Below the pieces are notes generated by a model. The model did no database searches. It was not told the origin of the DNA and was given only the letters and a program-made list of their open reading frames with translations. From positions 927 to 64,926 of the forward strand of contig CAVQJP010000022.1 in NCBI GenBank assembly GCA_963712825.1: a stretch of 64,000 nucleotides of DNA. The letters run 5' to 3'. This document shows positions 54,914 through 64,000 of this stretch, piece by piece. Source of the stretch: an uncultured Alphaproteobacteria bacterium (GTDB taxonomy: Bacteria; Pseudomonadota; Alphaproteobacteria; ATCC43930; CGMCC-115725). A program made the position numbers and the translations under genes. Numbering within the stretch: position 1 is the first letter of the stretch; every line of letters begins with the position of its first letter.

Positions 54914-56428
54914 TAGTCTTACTGCGTCAATAATCCGGAATTCTTGGTGTTTTGCGGATCGGCTGCGTTGCAGCAGGGGCATCTCGGGAGGGTCCTGGCG
55001 AGGGCGACGATAAGCCGTCGGCGCATGGTTGCGATCGAGTTTGGAACGTCGTTCGGGTCGGATCGGCGGCGCCTCTGGGTCGGTAACTGTCGGGAAGGGC
55101 AGATCCCGACCAGAGCGTGGCAGGAGTTGGTGCTGAGGGGGAAGGGCGCCGCGTTCGGCGATCAGGAAGCCATAGGCGGCGATACAGAGTGTCGCGTGAT
55201 GGTGGAAGCCGCGCCAGCCGCGCCCTTCGTAATCGCCAAAGCCAAGCTCTTGCTTGAGTTCCTGATAATCGCGTTCGATCCGCCAGCGCAGTTTGGCGAT
55301 GTCGACCAACCGCTCAAAGGCGACATCCTCGGGCAAGGCGGCGAACCAATATTTCGTCGGCTCGGTTTCGCCTTGCGGCCACTCGATCAGCAGCCATTCT
55401 TCCGGGCGCGGCTCGGTCAGCTTGGTATCGCGATGTGCCGGTCGCACCCTCTGCCGTGCGAAGCGCGAAGTGAGCCAGTCGGCGCTGCCCTCGCGCCAGG
55501 TTATGCTTTGCCATGCTGCTGCCGGCAAGCCGAGAGCGAGGGCTTTTACCGAGAGCGGCCGATGTTCCTCGTCGCGGCGCAGCAGCTTGGGTGGTCGTCC
55601 GCTGCCCTGACCACGCTGCGGTAGCAAAGGCCTTGCTCCCGGGGGCCAGACCGAGGTGTTGGGACCGATACCCGCCACGTAGCGCAAGCCGAGGTCGGTA
55701 ACTTTCGTTCGCAGTCCGGTGTCGTTGCCGTAGCCAGCATCCATCAGAACGACGCCTTCGGGTAGCCCCGCTGCTCGGGCCGCCTTGATCTGCTCCAAGG
55801 CGATCTCGGGCTTGGTCTGGAAAGCAATCGTCTGCGGCACCCTAGCCTTGTCTCGCCGCGCTTGGTCCTTGACCCAATCCTCAGGGAGATAGAGCCGATA
55901 GGCGACCGGCAGGCTGGCATTATGATTGGCCAGCGAGAGGGTCACCGCGACCTGCCAGTTATCTTGCTTGCCAAGCTGCCCGCAATATTGCCGGGTCACG
56001 CCGACCGAGTGCTGGCCTTTCTTCGGAAAGCCCGTGTCGTCGATGATCCAGGCCTCGATCGGCCCGCTACGGCAACACCAGTTCGCTCACCTTGGTCAGC
56101 ATCGCTGCATCCGACCACGCTGCGTTGCCGACAAAATGAAGCAAGGATTGATGCTTCGCAGCCACCTGCGACGATGCGGTTACCGCCGCCATCGGCTCGA
56201 CGCTCTTGCGCGCGATCGGCATCAACAGCCCCAAACAGTAATCGCGCATCGGTTCCTGCCGGTCGGCATGGCCAAGCACCTGGCCAAGCGTCTCGACATA
56301 GGCCGCAAATCGCGCTTCACTTCCCCCACTCGCTGCCCCATCCATTCCGGTCCCCCAACCGGCCAACGACCTCGCGCTACTACACAGAGCAAACACATCA
56401 TAGAAGATTTGTGACTTAGTAAGATTAG
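54914..56428 (-). mobile_element. IS701-family element inserted in traA; transposase has one frameshift near 56065
   Basis: The ends are 'TAGTCTTACT' (54914) and the reverse complement of 'CTAATCTTACT' (56428). The transposase pieces are 'RDYCLGLLMPIARKSVEPMAAV...HQSLLHFVGNAAWSD', then 'IEAWIIDDTGFPKKGQHSVGVTRQYCGQLGKQDN...WRIERDYQELKQELGFGDYEGRGWRGFHHH'. Confidence 0.75.
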
Positions 56429-56937
56429 GTGCTTGGCCAGAAACCGGTCGAGATCGCGGGTCGTAAAGGTCGCGTTGTGGCGGATCAGCGCCGTCAGCAC
56501 CTGGTCGGGGTCACGGGCCGCGGCTTCGTTGGTTCGGCGGATCTCTTCGGCGCGCTCGACGATCTCGGAGCCCGCGACCCGCATCCGCACCGGGCCCATA
56601 TGCGGCATCGGGTGCGGCGCGGTCGGGTCGACCTGAAGGTCGATGCCGTGCTCACGGAAATAGCGGTTCTGATGGTCGCGCCATAATTCACCCGAGGCCT
56701 CGCCATCGGCGACGATCGCCCGCCTGCCGGCCCGCCTTACCTCGGGATCGAGGTCCCGCGCTTTCTTCGCCGCAAATTGCTCGCCTTCGAGCCGCCTGGT
56801 CGTGATCGGCAGATGCGCGTGCCAGTTGGCTCTTTCCGATTCGGCCTCGCCCTCATGCGGTGCGTGCACGTCCAGCTGCACCGCGAGGCCCTTGCTGACA
56901 AAATTGGCGGCGGGCACCACCGTCATGATGGGATGGC
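56429..56937 (-). pseudogene. traA: TraA relaxase fragment (MobA/MobL domain)
   Basis: 'FVSKGLAVQLDVHAPHEG...NWHAHLPITTRRLEGEQFAAKKARDLD...LIRHNATFTTRDLDRFLAKH'. IS701 bounds it on the left and IS21 on the right. The N-terminal ~110 aa are missing. Confidence 0.7.
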
Positions 56938-57086
56938 TGCGTATTCCGACGATGTCGGCCGGGCATTCCGATTGATGTCGGCCACCTGTTCCGATCGAAG
57001 TCGGCCGGCCGTTCCGATTGATGTCGGCCGGGGTGGCGGAGCGCCCGCTGGACGGATGTGATCTCTCCACAAGCGGTTGCATCGGG

Positions 57087-57836
57087 TCAAGCGGCGATGG
57101 TTTGAGGCGCCTTCTTGCGCAGACTGTCGCCGGTGAGTTGCAGGCGATGGGCGTTGTGGATGATGCGATCGAGAATGGCGTCGGCAAGGGTCGGTTCGCC
57201 GATCAGGTCATGCCAGCGGTCGACCGGGATCTGGCTGGTGATCAGCGTGGCACCGCGGCCGTAGCGGTCCTCGACGATCTCCAGCATGTCGTGGCGCTGC
57301 TCGGCGCCGAGCGGTTCGAGGCCCCAATCGTCGAGGATCAAGAGCTTGACCCCGCCGAGGGCGCGCATCAGCCGCGGGTAACGGCCGTCGCCGCGCGCCA
57401 GCGCGAGATCGCCGAACATCCGTGGAAAGCGCTGATAGAGTACCGAGCGGTTGTCGCGGCAGGCTTTGTGGCCGAGGGCACAAGCGAGCCAACTTTTGCC
57501 GACCCCGGCCGGCCCCTCGATAATCAAATTCTGTGCCTCTTCGATCCAACGGCCGGCGATCAAGGCCTGGAACAACGGTCGATCGAGGCCGCGGGCGGCG
57601 CGATAATCGACGTCCTCGACTGCCGCCTGGTGGCGCAGCCGGGCATAGCGCAGCCGGGCTCGCAAGCGTCGTTCGTAACGCTCGGTGGCTTCGCGATCGA
57701 GCAGAAGACCCAGCCATTCGGCATGCGACAGGGCGGCGCTTGTCGGGTTTGCCTCGAGTTCGACAAAGGCGCGCGCCATGCCGGCAAGGCCCAGCTGGTG
57801 AAGCTGGTCGAGGGTGGGATGCATCAGCAATGTCAA
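57087..57836 (-). CDS. istB: IS21-family helper ATPase IstB
   Basis: 'LGLAGMARAF', Walker A 'GPAGVGKSWLACALG' and Walker B 'LLILDDWG'. Confidence 0.9.
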   Translation of the reverse strand: MTLLMHPTLDQLHQLGLAGMARAFVELEANPTSAALSHAEWLGLLLDREATERYERRLRARLRYARLRHQAAVEDVDYRAARGLDRPLFQALIAGRWIEEAQNLIIEGPAGVGKSWLACALGHKACRDNRSVLYQRFPRMFGDLALARGDGRYPRLMRALGGVKLLILDDWGLEPLGAEQRHDMLEIVEDRYGRGATLITSQIPVDRWHDLIGEPTLADAILDRIIHNAHRLQLTGDSLRKKAPQTIAA

Positions 57837-57848
57837 TCTCCTAACCGG

Positions 57849-59390
57849 TTAATGGTAGTAGCGGGGGCCGCGGATGTTGGGGTGATCGGGCAACAATTCG
57901 CCCTGTGCCGGCCGGGGCGGCGGACGCCGGTCGAGACCGTGCTTGAGGATCGATTGGATTGAGCCGTAGGAGCGGGCGCCGATGTCGAGGCCGCGGTCGC
58001 AGGCCGCCTCGAGCCGCGCAGCGCCGTAATGGCGCGCCAGGCGCAGGATGCCGGTGCACGCCCGGTAGCCCTGCTCGGGGTGCGCCCGGCTTTCGAGGAT
58101 CAGCGCGGTCAACTTGGCGGTGCTCGGACCGATCGCCGCCGCGTCGGCGCGGATGCGCTCGATCGTCCAATCGGCATAGTGCCGGTGCGTGCTCGGCATA
58201 TGTTCGCGGATTGTCGTGTGGCGGCCGCGGCCGCCGCCGCGGAGGTGGACCGCGACGCGTTCGCCCCTGCAGAACAGCTCGATTGTGCGCTCGGTGATGC
58301 GCGCATCGAGCTGTTCGCGGATCAGCCGATACGGCACCGAGTAGTAGTGCCCGTCGATGTCGACATGGTAATCCCGTCCGACCCGGCGTGGCCGCCATTC
58401 GGCATACTCGTAGGGCTCGGCCGGCAGCTCCTTCAGCGCCGGAGCATCGAGTTCGAGGAAGAGATCGCGCCGGCTGATGCCAAGGCGGCGCATCGGCCGC
58501 GCGTTGAGATCGACAACCAGTTCGGCGATCGCCCGGTTCAGCTCGGCGAGCGAGAAAAAGCGGCGGTTTCTGAGCCGCGCCAGGATCCAGCGCTCGACTA
58601 CCAGCACGGCGACCTCGACCTTGGCCTTGTCGCGCGGCTTTCTGCTGCGCGTCGGCAGGATCGCGGTGCCGTAATGCATCGCCATATCGAGATAGGTGCG
58701 GTTGAGGCCGGGCTCGTACCAATTGGCGCGGTCGACCCCGACCTTCGGATTGTCGGGCACCAACTGCGCCGGTACGCCGCCGATAAACGCGAGCGCCCGA
58801 ACATGGGCGCCGATCCAATCCGGCAGGCTCTGGGTCAGCGTCGCTTCGGCGTAGGTGTAATTGGAGGCGCCCAGCACCGCGACGAAGATCTGCGCCGGGC
58901 GGATCTCGCCGCTGCCGGGCTCGATCAGATCGACGGTCTGGCCGGCGTAATCGACAAACAGGCGCTCGCCGGCGGGATGGGCCTGGCGCATCGTTGGCGA
59001 CAGCCGGCCTTCCCAGGCGCGGTACAGCTCGCACCACCGGCTGTAGCGATAGCCGTCCGGCGCGCGCTGCCGGTACTCCTCCCACAGCAGCATCAGCGTG
59101 ACGCCGGGCCGGCGCAGCTCGTGATGGACATAGACCCAATCGGGCTCGGCCTTGCGCCGCGTGCCTTGCTGGCTGCCGTGGCCGGCATACAGCATCGCCT
59201 GCAGCACGCGATCGGTCAGCGTCGCCGGCAACGGCCAGCGCAGCCCCGCTGCGGCGGCGCGCTCCAAGCTCAGCCCGACGGTGCTGCGCGCCAGGCTCAG
59301 CGACCGGGCAATCTGCCGGTCGCTCGCCCCGCCGTGCTTCAGGCGCAGGATCTCGCGTACGCGTCGCATCGACACTCTCTCGGCTGGCAT
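57849..59390 (-). CDS. istA: IS21-family transposase IstA
   Basis: HTH 'VSMRRVREILRLKHGGASDRQIARSLSLARSTV' and a DDE core ('FVDYAG', 'VPDNPK'). The start is uncertain; the ORF as listed begins at 59459. Confidence 0.85.
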   Translation of the reverse strand: MPAERVSMRRVREILRLKHGGASDRQIARSLSLARSTVGLSLERAAAAGLRWPLPATLTDRVLQAMLYAGHGSQQGTRRKAEPDWVYVHHELRRPGVTLMLLWEEYRQRAPDGYRYSRWCELYRAWEGRLSPTMRQAHPAGERLFVDYAGQTVDLIEPGSGEIRPAQIFVAVLGASNYTYAEATLTQSLPDWIGAHVRALAFIGGVPAQLVPDNPKVGVDRANWYEPGLNRTYLDMAMHYGTAILPTRSRKPRDKAKVEVAVLVVERWILARLRNRRFFSLAELNRAIAELVVDLNARPMRRLGISRRDLFLELDAPALKELPAEPYEYAEWRPRRVGRDYHVDIDGHYYSVPYRLIREQLDARITERTIELFCRGERVAVHLRGGGRGRHTTIREHMPSTHRHYADWTIERIRADAAAIGPSTAKLTALILESRAHPEQGYRACTGILRLARHYGAARLEAACDRGLDIGARSYGSIQSILKHGLDRRPPPRPAQGELLPDHPNIRGPRYYH

Positions 59391-59565
59391 CGGTCCCCCC
59401 GCTCGTCGTTCTTGACGAGCAGAGCGCCGTGCGCCGCCCAGCGGTCGAGCGCTTGCCACCCCTTCCCGGGGGTGGCCGACTTCAAATCGGAATGGCCGAG
59501 ATCAAATCGGAATCAGTGGCCGACTTCATTCCGGAATCGCCGGCCGACTTCCCCCGGAATATGCA

Positions 59566-60048
59566 GTGAAACGGCGCCGACGCGGCATCCGGCCAGAGCG
59601 TATGCCGCGGCATCAGCGCCACATCGATGCGGCGCTCCCGCATCGCCGTTTGAATCTCCCACTCGTTCATTTCCGATATGGTGAGCGCGACCTCCGGATG
59701 CCGCTGTCGCCACCGACCCAGCAGGTCGCACAGGGGCTCGCCGACCGGCGGCATCCGCGCCGCGAGACGTACTTCACCCACGATGCCGTTGCCGTTCCCA
59801 TCACCTGCATTTCTGATCGCATCGAACTCGGCCAGTGCGCGCCGGATATGCGGCAGCACCGCCTTGCCGCCGGAGGTCAGACGAACGCCTGCGTGCCCGC
59901 GCTCGAACAGAGCGAGACCGAGCTCGTCCTCGAATCGCCCCACCCGGCGGCTGATCGTGGACGTGTTGATTCCGAGAGACTTGGCGGCCCGTGTGAAGTT
60001 GCCTGCGGCCACCGAGGCCTCGAGATACATGAGATCGCGGATCTCCAT
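59566..60048 (-). pseudogene. LysR-family regulator truncated by IS21 (N-terminal 161 aa only)
   Basis: 'MEIRDLMYLEASVAAGNFTRAAKSLGINTSTISRRVGRFEDELGLALFER...' runs straight into the IS21 terminus at 59565. Confidence 0.75.
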
Positions 60049-60190
60049 GTCGGCAGACCCTGCAAACTCTACGATGCGCCTCCTGCGCGGGTATCGGCAG
60101 CCGAGGCTGGGCCGACGGTGGGATCCTCGGCAAGGCCGCACGGCGCGCGCGGGGATCGCCCATCAGGTCTTCCTGCTGCCAGTCGCAAGC

Positions 60191-60587
60191 TCACGCAGCC
60201 GCGGCCCCAATTACTTCGCTCAGACCGGGATGTTGGGCGCCGCCGGCTGTCACGTCGATTACCATATCGGAAAGGCCGCCGGCTTCGCGGACGGACGCGA
60301 GCCGCTCGCGAGACACTTCGAGGTAGCCTGCAACGGCAAGCGTCTTACCGATCGCGCACGGCGAACCCAGGCGCCGCAATGGCCAGTGCGCACGGCAGAG
60401 GATTCGCTCCATCCGCGCATCCGTCACGGTGACGATATCGGTGAATTGGCGCATCAGTCCGAATTCGATCATGCCGGCGAACAGCTCGTATGTCGCTATC
60501 GCGATCCTGCGCCCCGTTTTCTCGGCCCGCGAGCAGAGATCGACACCGAACCGGCTGCGTTCCCAGACCGTGTTACGCGCCGGCGCA
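60191..60587 (-). pseudogene. LuxI-family acyl-homoserine-lactone synthase, N-terminally truncated by IS3
   Basis: 'VWERSRFGVD...YELFAGMIEFGLMRQFTDIVTVTDARMERILCRAHWPLRRLGSPCAIGKTLAVAGYLEVS' closely parallels the TraI/LuxI C-terminal two-thirds. Confidence 0.75.
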
Positions 60588-61913
<1,326 letters not shown>

Positions 61914-62320
61914 ACGAACAATTGCCGGCAGCATTGATTCGCCTCAACTCCAATTGCTCTCCGAGTGGGTGTTGGGTTCTGTCCGACAGCAGGGACGACG
62001 ATGATACGGTTTACGGGCGCTGTGCACGGCCCCGCGCAACACGTCCGCAGCGGATAGGGCGCGCCCGTCCGGTCCGCTGCCGGCGTGGGAAACGACCGAT
62101 CCGACGGATTAGTCTTCACCTTTCCGGTGCACCGGAAGTCCCCCAGATCGGGCCGAGGGCCCGTCTGATCTGCTGGCATGACCTTGGAGATGTCGAGATG
62201 GCGGAAAACGTGCCCAGCTCCAACTCTCTGGTTTGACGGATCGGTTCTGGATAGGGCGGAGCGAGTAGCGCTTGAAAAGTTAGTCTGATTGACGTACATA
62301 GGGGTCTGAGGTGACCCATT

Positions 62321-62614
62321 ATGGCAATGCCAAAGCGTGACCGCCGGCTCCGGGACGAGCGTTTAGGGTTTCGAGTCGATGAGCCGACGAAGGCGCTGAT
62401 CGAGCGCGCAGCGCAGCTCGAGCGGCGCAAGCTGACGGACTTCTGCATGACAGCGCTGACAGATGCCGCGCGGCGGACGATCGCTGAGCATGAGACGATC
62501 ATGTTATCCGACCAGGACCGCGCCGTCTTCTTCGACACGCTGGTCAATCCGCCGCCGCCAAGTGAGCGGCTTGAGCGGGCGTTTGCGGAGCACAAGCGCC
62601 GAGTCGTGCGGTGA
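62321..62614 (+). CDS. DUF1778 (RHH) antitoxin, TacA-like
   Basis: 'RLGFRVDEPTKALIERAAQLERRKLTDFCMTALTDAARRTIAEHETIMLSDQDRAVFFDTL'. Confidence 0.8.
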   Translation: MAMPKRDRRLRDERLGFRVDEPTKALIERAAQLERRKLTDFCMTALTDAARRTIAEHETIMLSDQDRAVFFDTLVNPPPPSERLERAFAEHKRRVVR

Positions 62615-63139
62615 ATGCCGAAACGGATATCCGCGGATCTTCGGATTGTGGTGCTCAATGATGGCCACGATCGGGGCAGGTTCACGTGCGGAGTCGAAAG
62701 CCTGGATCGGTATCTCAAAACTCAGGCCGGCCAGGACGTTCGTCGGAAGGCGAATGCCGTGTTCGTCTTGAGTTCGGAGGACGAGCCCGCGCGCGTGCTC
62801 GGCTACTATACTCTTTGTGCCATGGCGATCTCCCAGGGCGACGTGCCGGAAGCGGCGCGGAAGCACGTCCCGCGCTATCCGCTGGTCAGCTCGACTTTGA
62901 TTGGCCGGCTGGCCATCGCCAAGGACCGACAGGGACAGCGTCTCGGTTCCATCCTCCTGGCGGACGCTCTGGAGCGCGCGTTCCAGAGCGCAGACACGAT
63001 AGGGTCGTCGATGGTGATCGTCGACGCGCTGGACGAAACAGCGGCGGGCTTCTACGCGGCGCATGGCTTCGTGCGACTGCCGGACCCGCTACGGCTTGTG
63101 CTGCCGATGCGCCTCGCCGGCGGGAGGTCTGAGCGATGA
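62615..63139 (+). CDS. GNAT-family acetyltransferase toxin, TacT-like
   Basis: It starts immediately after the antitoxin stop (TGAATG). 'FTCGVESLDRYLKTQAGQD', 'LIGRLAIAKDRQGQRLGSILLADAL' and 'FYAAHGFVRLP' are present. Confidence 0.8.
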   Translation: MPKRISADLRIVVLNDGHDRGRFTCGVESLDRYLKTQAGQDVRRKANAVFVLSSEDEPARVLGYYTLCAMAISQGDVPEAARKHVPRYPLVSSTLIGRLAIAKDRQGQRLGSILLADALERAFQSADTIGSSMVIVDALDETAAGFYAAHGFVRLPDPLRLVLPMRLAGGRSER

Positions 63140-63403
63140 ATTTCGCGACGAAGAGATGGCCGGTGCCGGGGAAGCTCCGGGGGAAGCAAAATAGCTGCCG
63201 GTTCGGCGTCCGGGGAAGCGCCTACGCGATCGGCGATAGCGTCTATCGTTGCGCTCCCGAGCAGTCGTCATGGCCCGGCGCTTGGCCGAAAAAGGGCAGA
63301 TCATTGACCCTAGCCATGCCGCAAGCGGCCGAGAGCCTGCTACATTTCGTTTTCTGTTGCTTCCCCCCTGCTTCCCCGGCCGTTGGGTCGGGGGCGGGGA
63401 AGC

Positions 63404-63426
63404 AAAAAACGGCCCGAAAGGGCCGT
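63404..63426 (-). terminator. intrinsic terminator downstream of the tRNA-Gly remnant
   Basis: The minus strand has ACGGCCC-TTTC-GGGCCGT followed by TTTTTTGC. Confidence 0.6.
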
Positions 63427-63455
63427 TCTAAGTCGCTGATTTTCTTGAGAAAAAT

Positions 63456-63508
63456 TGGAGCGGGCGAAGGGATTCGAACCCTCGACCCCAACCTTGGCAA
63501 GGTTGCGC
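63456..63508 (-). tRNA. 3' fragment of tRNA-Gly(GCC); the 5' ~24 nt are absent
   Basis: The minus strand reads GCG-CAACC-TTGCCAA-GGTTG-GGGTC-GAGGG-TTCGAAT-CCCTT-CGCCCGC-T-CCA. The expected GCGGGCG acceptor strand and D-arm are replaced by unrelated sequence. Confidence 0.65.
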
Positions 63509-63643
63509 ATTCCGAATAGCGAGAGTTGGCGTGGGCCGCCGGATTTGAGTAGCAAAGTCGACACTCCTCGCTCAGAGCCAGTATGGCGAGCCCGAGCCGC
63601 GACCGACATGGCTACCATGCAAGATCGCGCTCTGGGCGTGTCG

Positions 63644-64000
63644 TCAATTAAGCCAAATGATAGCGGCGGCGAGGTGGATGGCGGCGAGAAAGCTTTGTGC
63701 GGTTTTGTCATAGCGTGTGGCGATGGCACGTGACTGTTTGAGTTTTCAGAAGAAATTTTCGATCAGGTGGCGCTCCTTGTAGAGGTGCCGGTCGAAATCG
63801 CGCGGCGCTAGGCGATGCTGCCGGGGCGGGATGACGGCTGATTTGCCGGCGGCTGCCAGCGGTTGAAATGATCTGGCCGGCGCCGACGCGCTGCTGCCGC
63901 AAATGGCCGCCGCCCGGCTGATCGCCGACAAAGCCTTTGAGCACCAAAATCCACGCGCTGGTCGACGCCCTCGGCAATCCCCTGGCGTTTGTGCTCACGC
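63644..64000. mobile_element. IS5-family transposase fragments in both orientations (window edge)
   Basis: The minus strand reads 'LAAAGKSAVIPPRQHRLAPRDFDRHLYKERHLIENFF', then TGA (63746-63748), then 'KLKQSRAIATRYDKTAQSFLAAIHLAAAIIWLN'. The plus strand reads 'DLAGADALLPQMAAARLIADKAF' (63864-63938) and 'STKIHALVDALGNPLAFVLT' (63940-64000). Confidence 0.55.

Larger units (their letters stand above)
56938..59565 (-). mobile_element. IS21-family element, apparently intact
   Basis: The termini are TGCGTATTCCG... and ...CGGAATATGCA. Both ends carry multiple subterminal 'gaagtcggcc/gatgtcggcc' repeats. istA and istB are uninterrupted. The flanking genes are unrelated and I found no target duplication. 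Confidence 0.85.

Noticed and set aside
54437-55999. A 520-aa ORF suggesting a transposase-relaxase fusion protein.
   Set aside because: It is read-through from the IS701-family transposase into the interrupted traA coding sequence. The IS terminal repeat at 54914 lies inside the ORF.
61914-62320. The N-terminal part of the luxI gene continuing beyond the IS3 insertion.
   Set aside because: None of the three minus-strand frames gave a convincing LuxI N-terminal pattern by eye, and stops interrupt the frame that joins to 'APARNTVWERSRF'. I left the region unassigned.
63746-63748. The in-frame TGA in the IS5-family transposase as selenocysteine or programmed recoding.
   Set aside because: There is no SECIS-like hairpin immediately downstream. 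The position aligns with an ordinary Cys codon (TGC/TGT) in the family, and the element is otherwise fragmented. A nonsense mutation is the simpler reading.

Overview
High-GC (~65%) chromosomal segment that looks alphaproteobacterial (Rhizobiales/Hyphomicrobiales-like, judged from gene content and REP types). I found no rRNA, no CRISPR array and no intact tRNA.

Core genes:
- sucA-sucB, the 2-oxoglutarate dehydrogenase E1 and E2 components.
- A ccmABCDE...ccmG cytochrome c maturation operon.
- Assorted metabolic and envelope genes: an alpha/beta hydrolase, a FAD dehydrogenase, DUF924, a GT9 glycosyltransferase and a PaaK-like ligase.

Accessory blocks:
1. A low-GC islet (11.1-14.7 kb). It holds a HEPN-like protein, a retropepsin-like protease and a frameshifted IS1595 transposase.
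2. A ~14 kb integrase-bearing element (24.6-38.6 kb). It is bounded by a 28-bp direct repeat lying in the terminator of a putative small RNA. It carries prophage-remnant genes, a serine recombinase and excisionase/integrase genes.
3. A Slam/DUF560-like (type XI secretion) outer-membrane protein next to a 1023-aa FecR-domain protein. That protein has a TbpB-like C-terminal barrel, so it looks like secretion cargo. Two paralogous small secreted proteins and a LysR regulator follow (40.2-47.0 kb). I consider this the most interesting locus.
4. A decayed conjugative element with many IS insertions (47.1-64 kb). It contains trbG/trbI/DUF2274 and traA fragments, a luxI fragment, IS5-, IS630-, IS256-, IS701-, IS21- and IS3-family elements, a TacAT-like toxin-antitoxin pair and two tRNA 3' fragments.

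Caveat: about 20 frameshifts or nonsense lesions occur, including in sucA and sucB. Either the assembly has indel errors or the genome is decaying. Pseudogene calls and exact coordinates at frameshift sites are therefore provisional.
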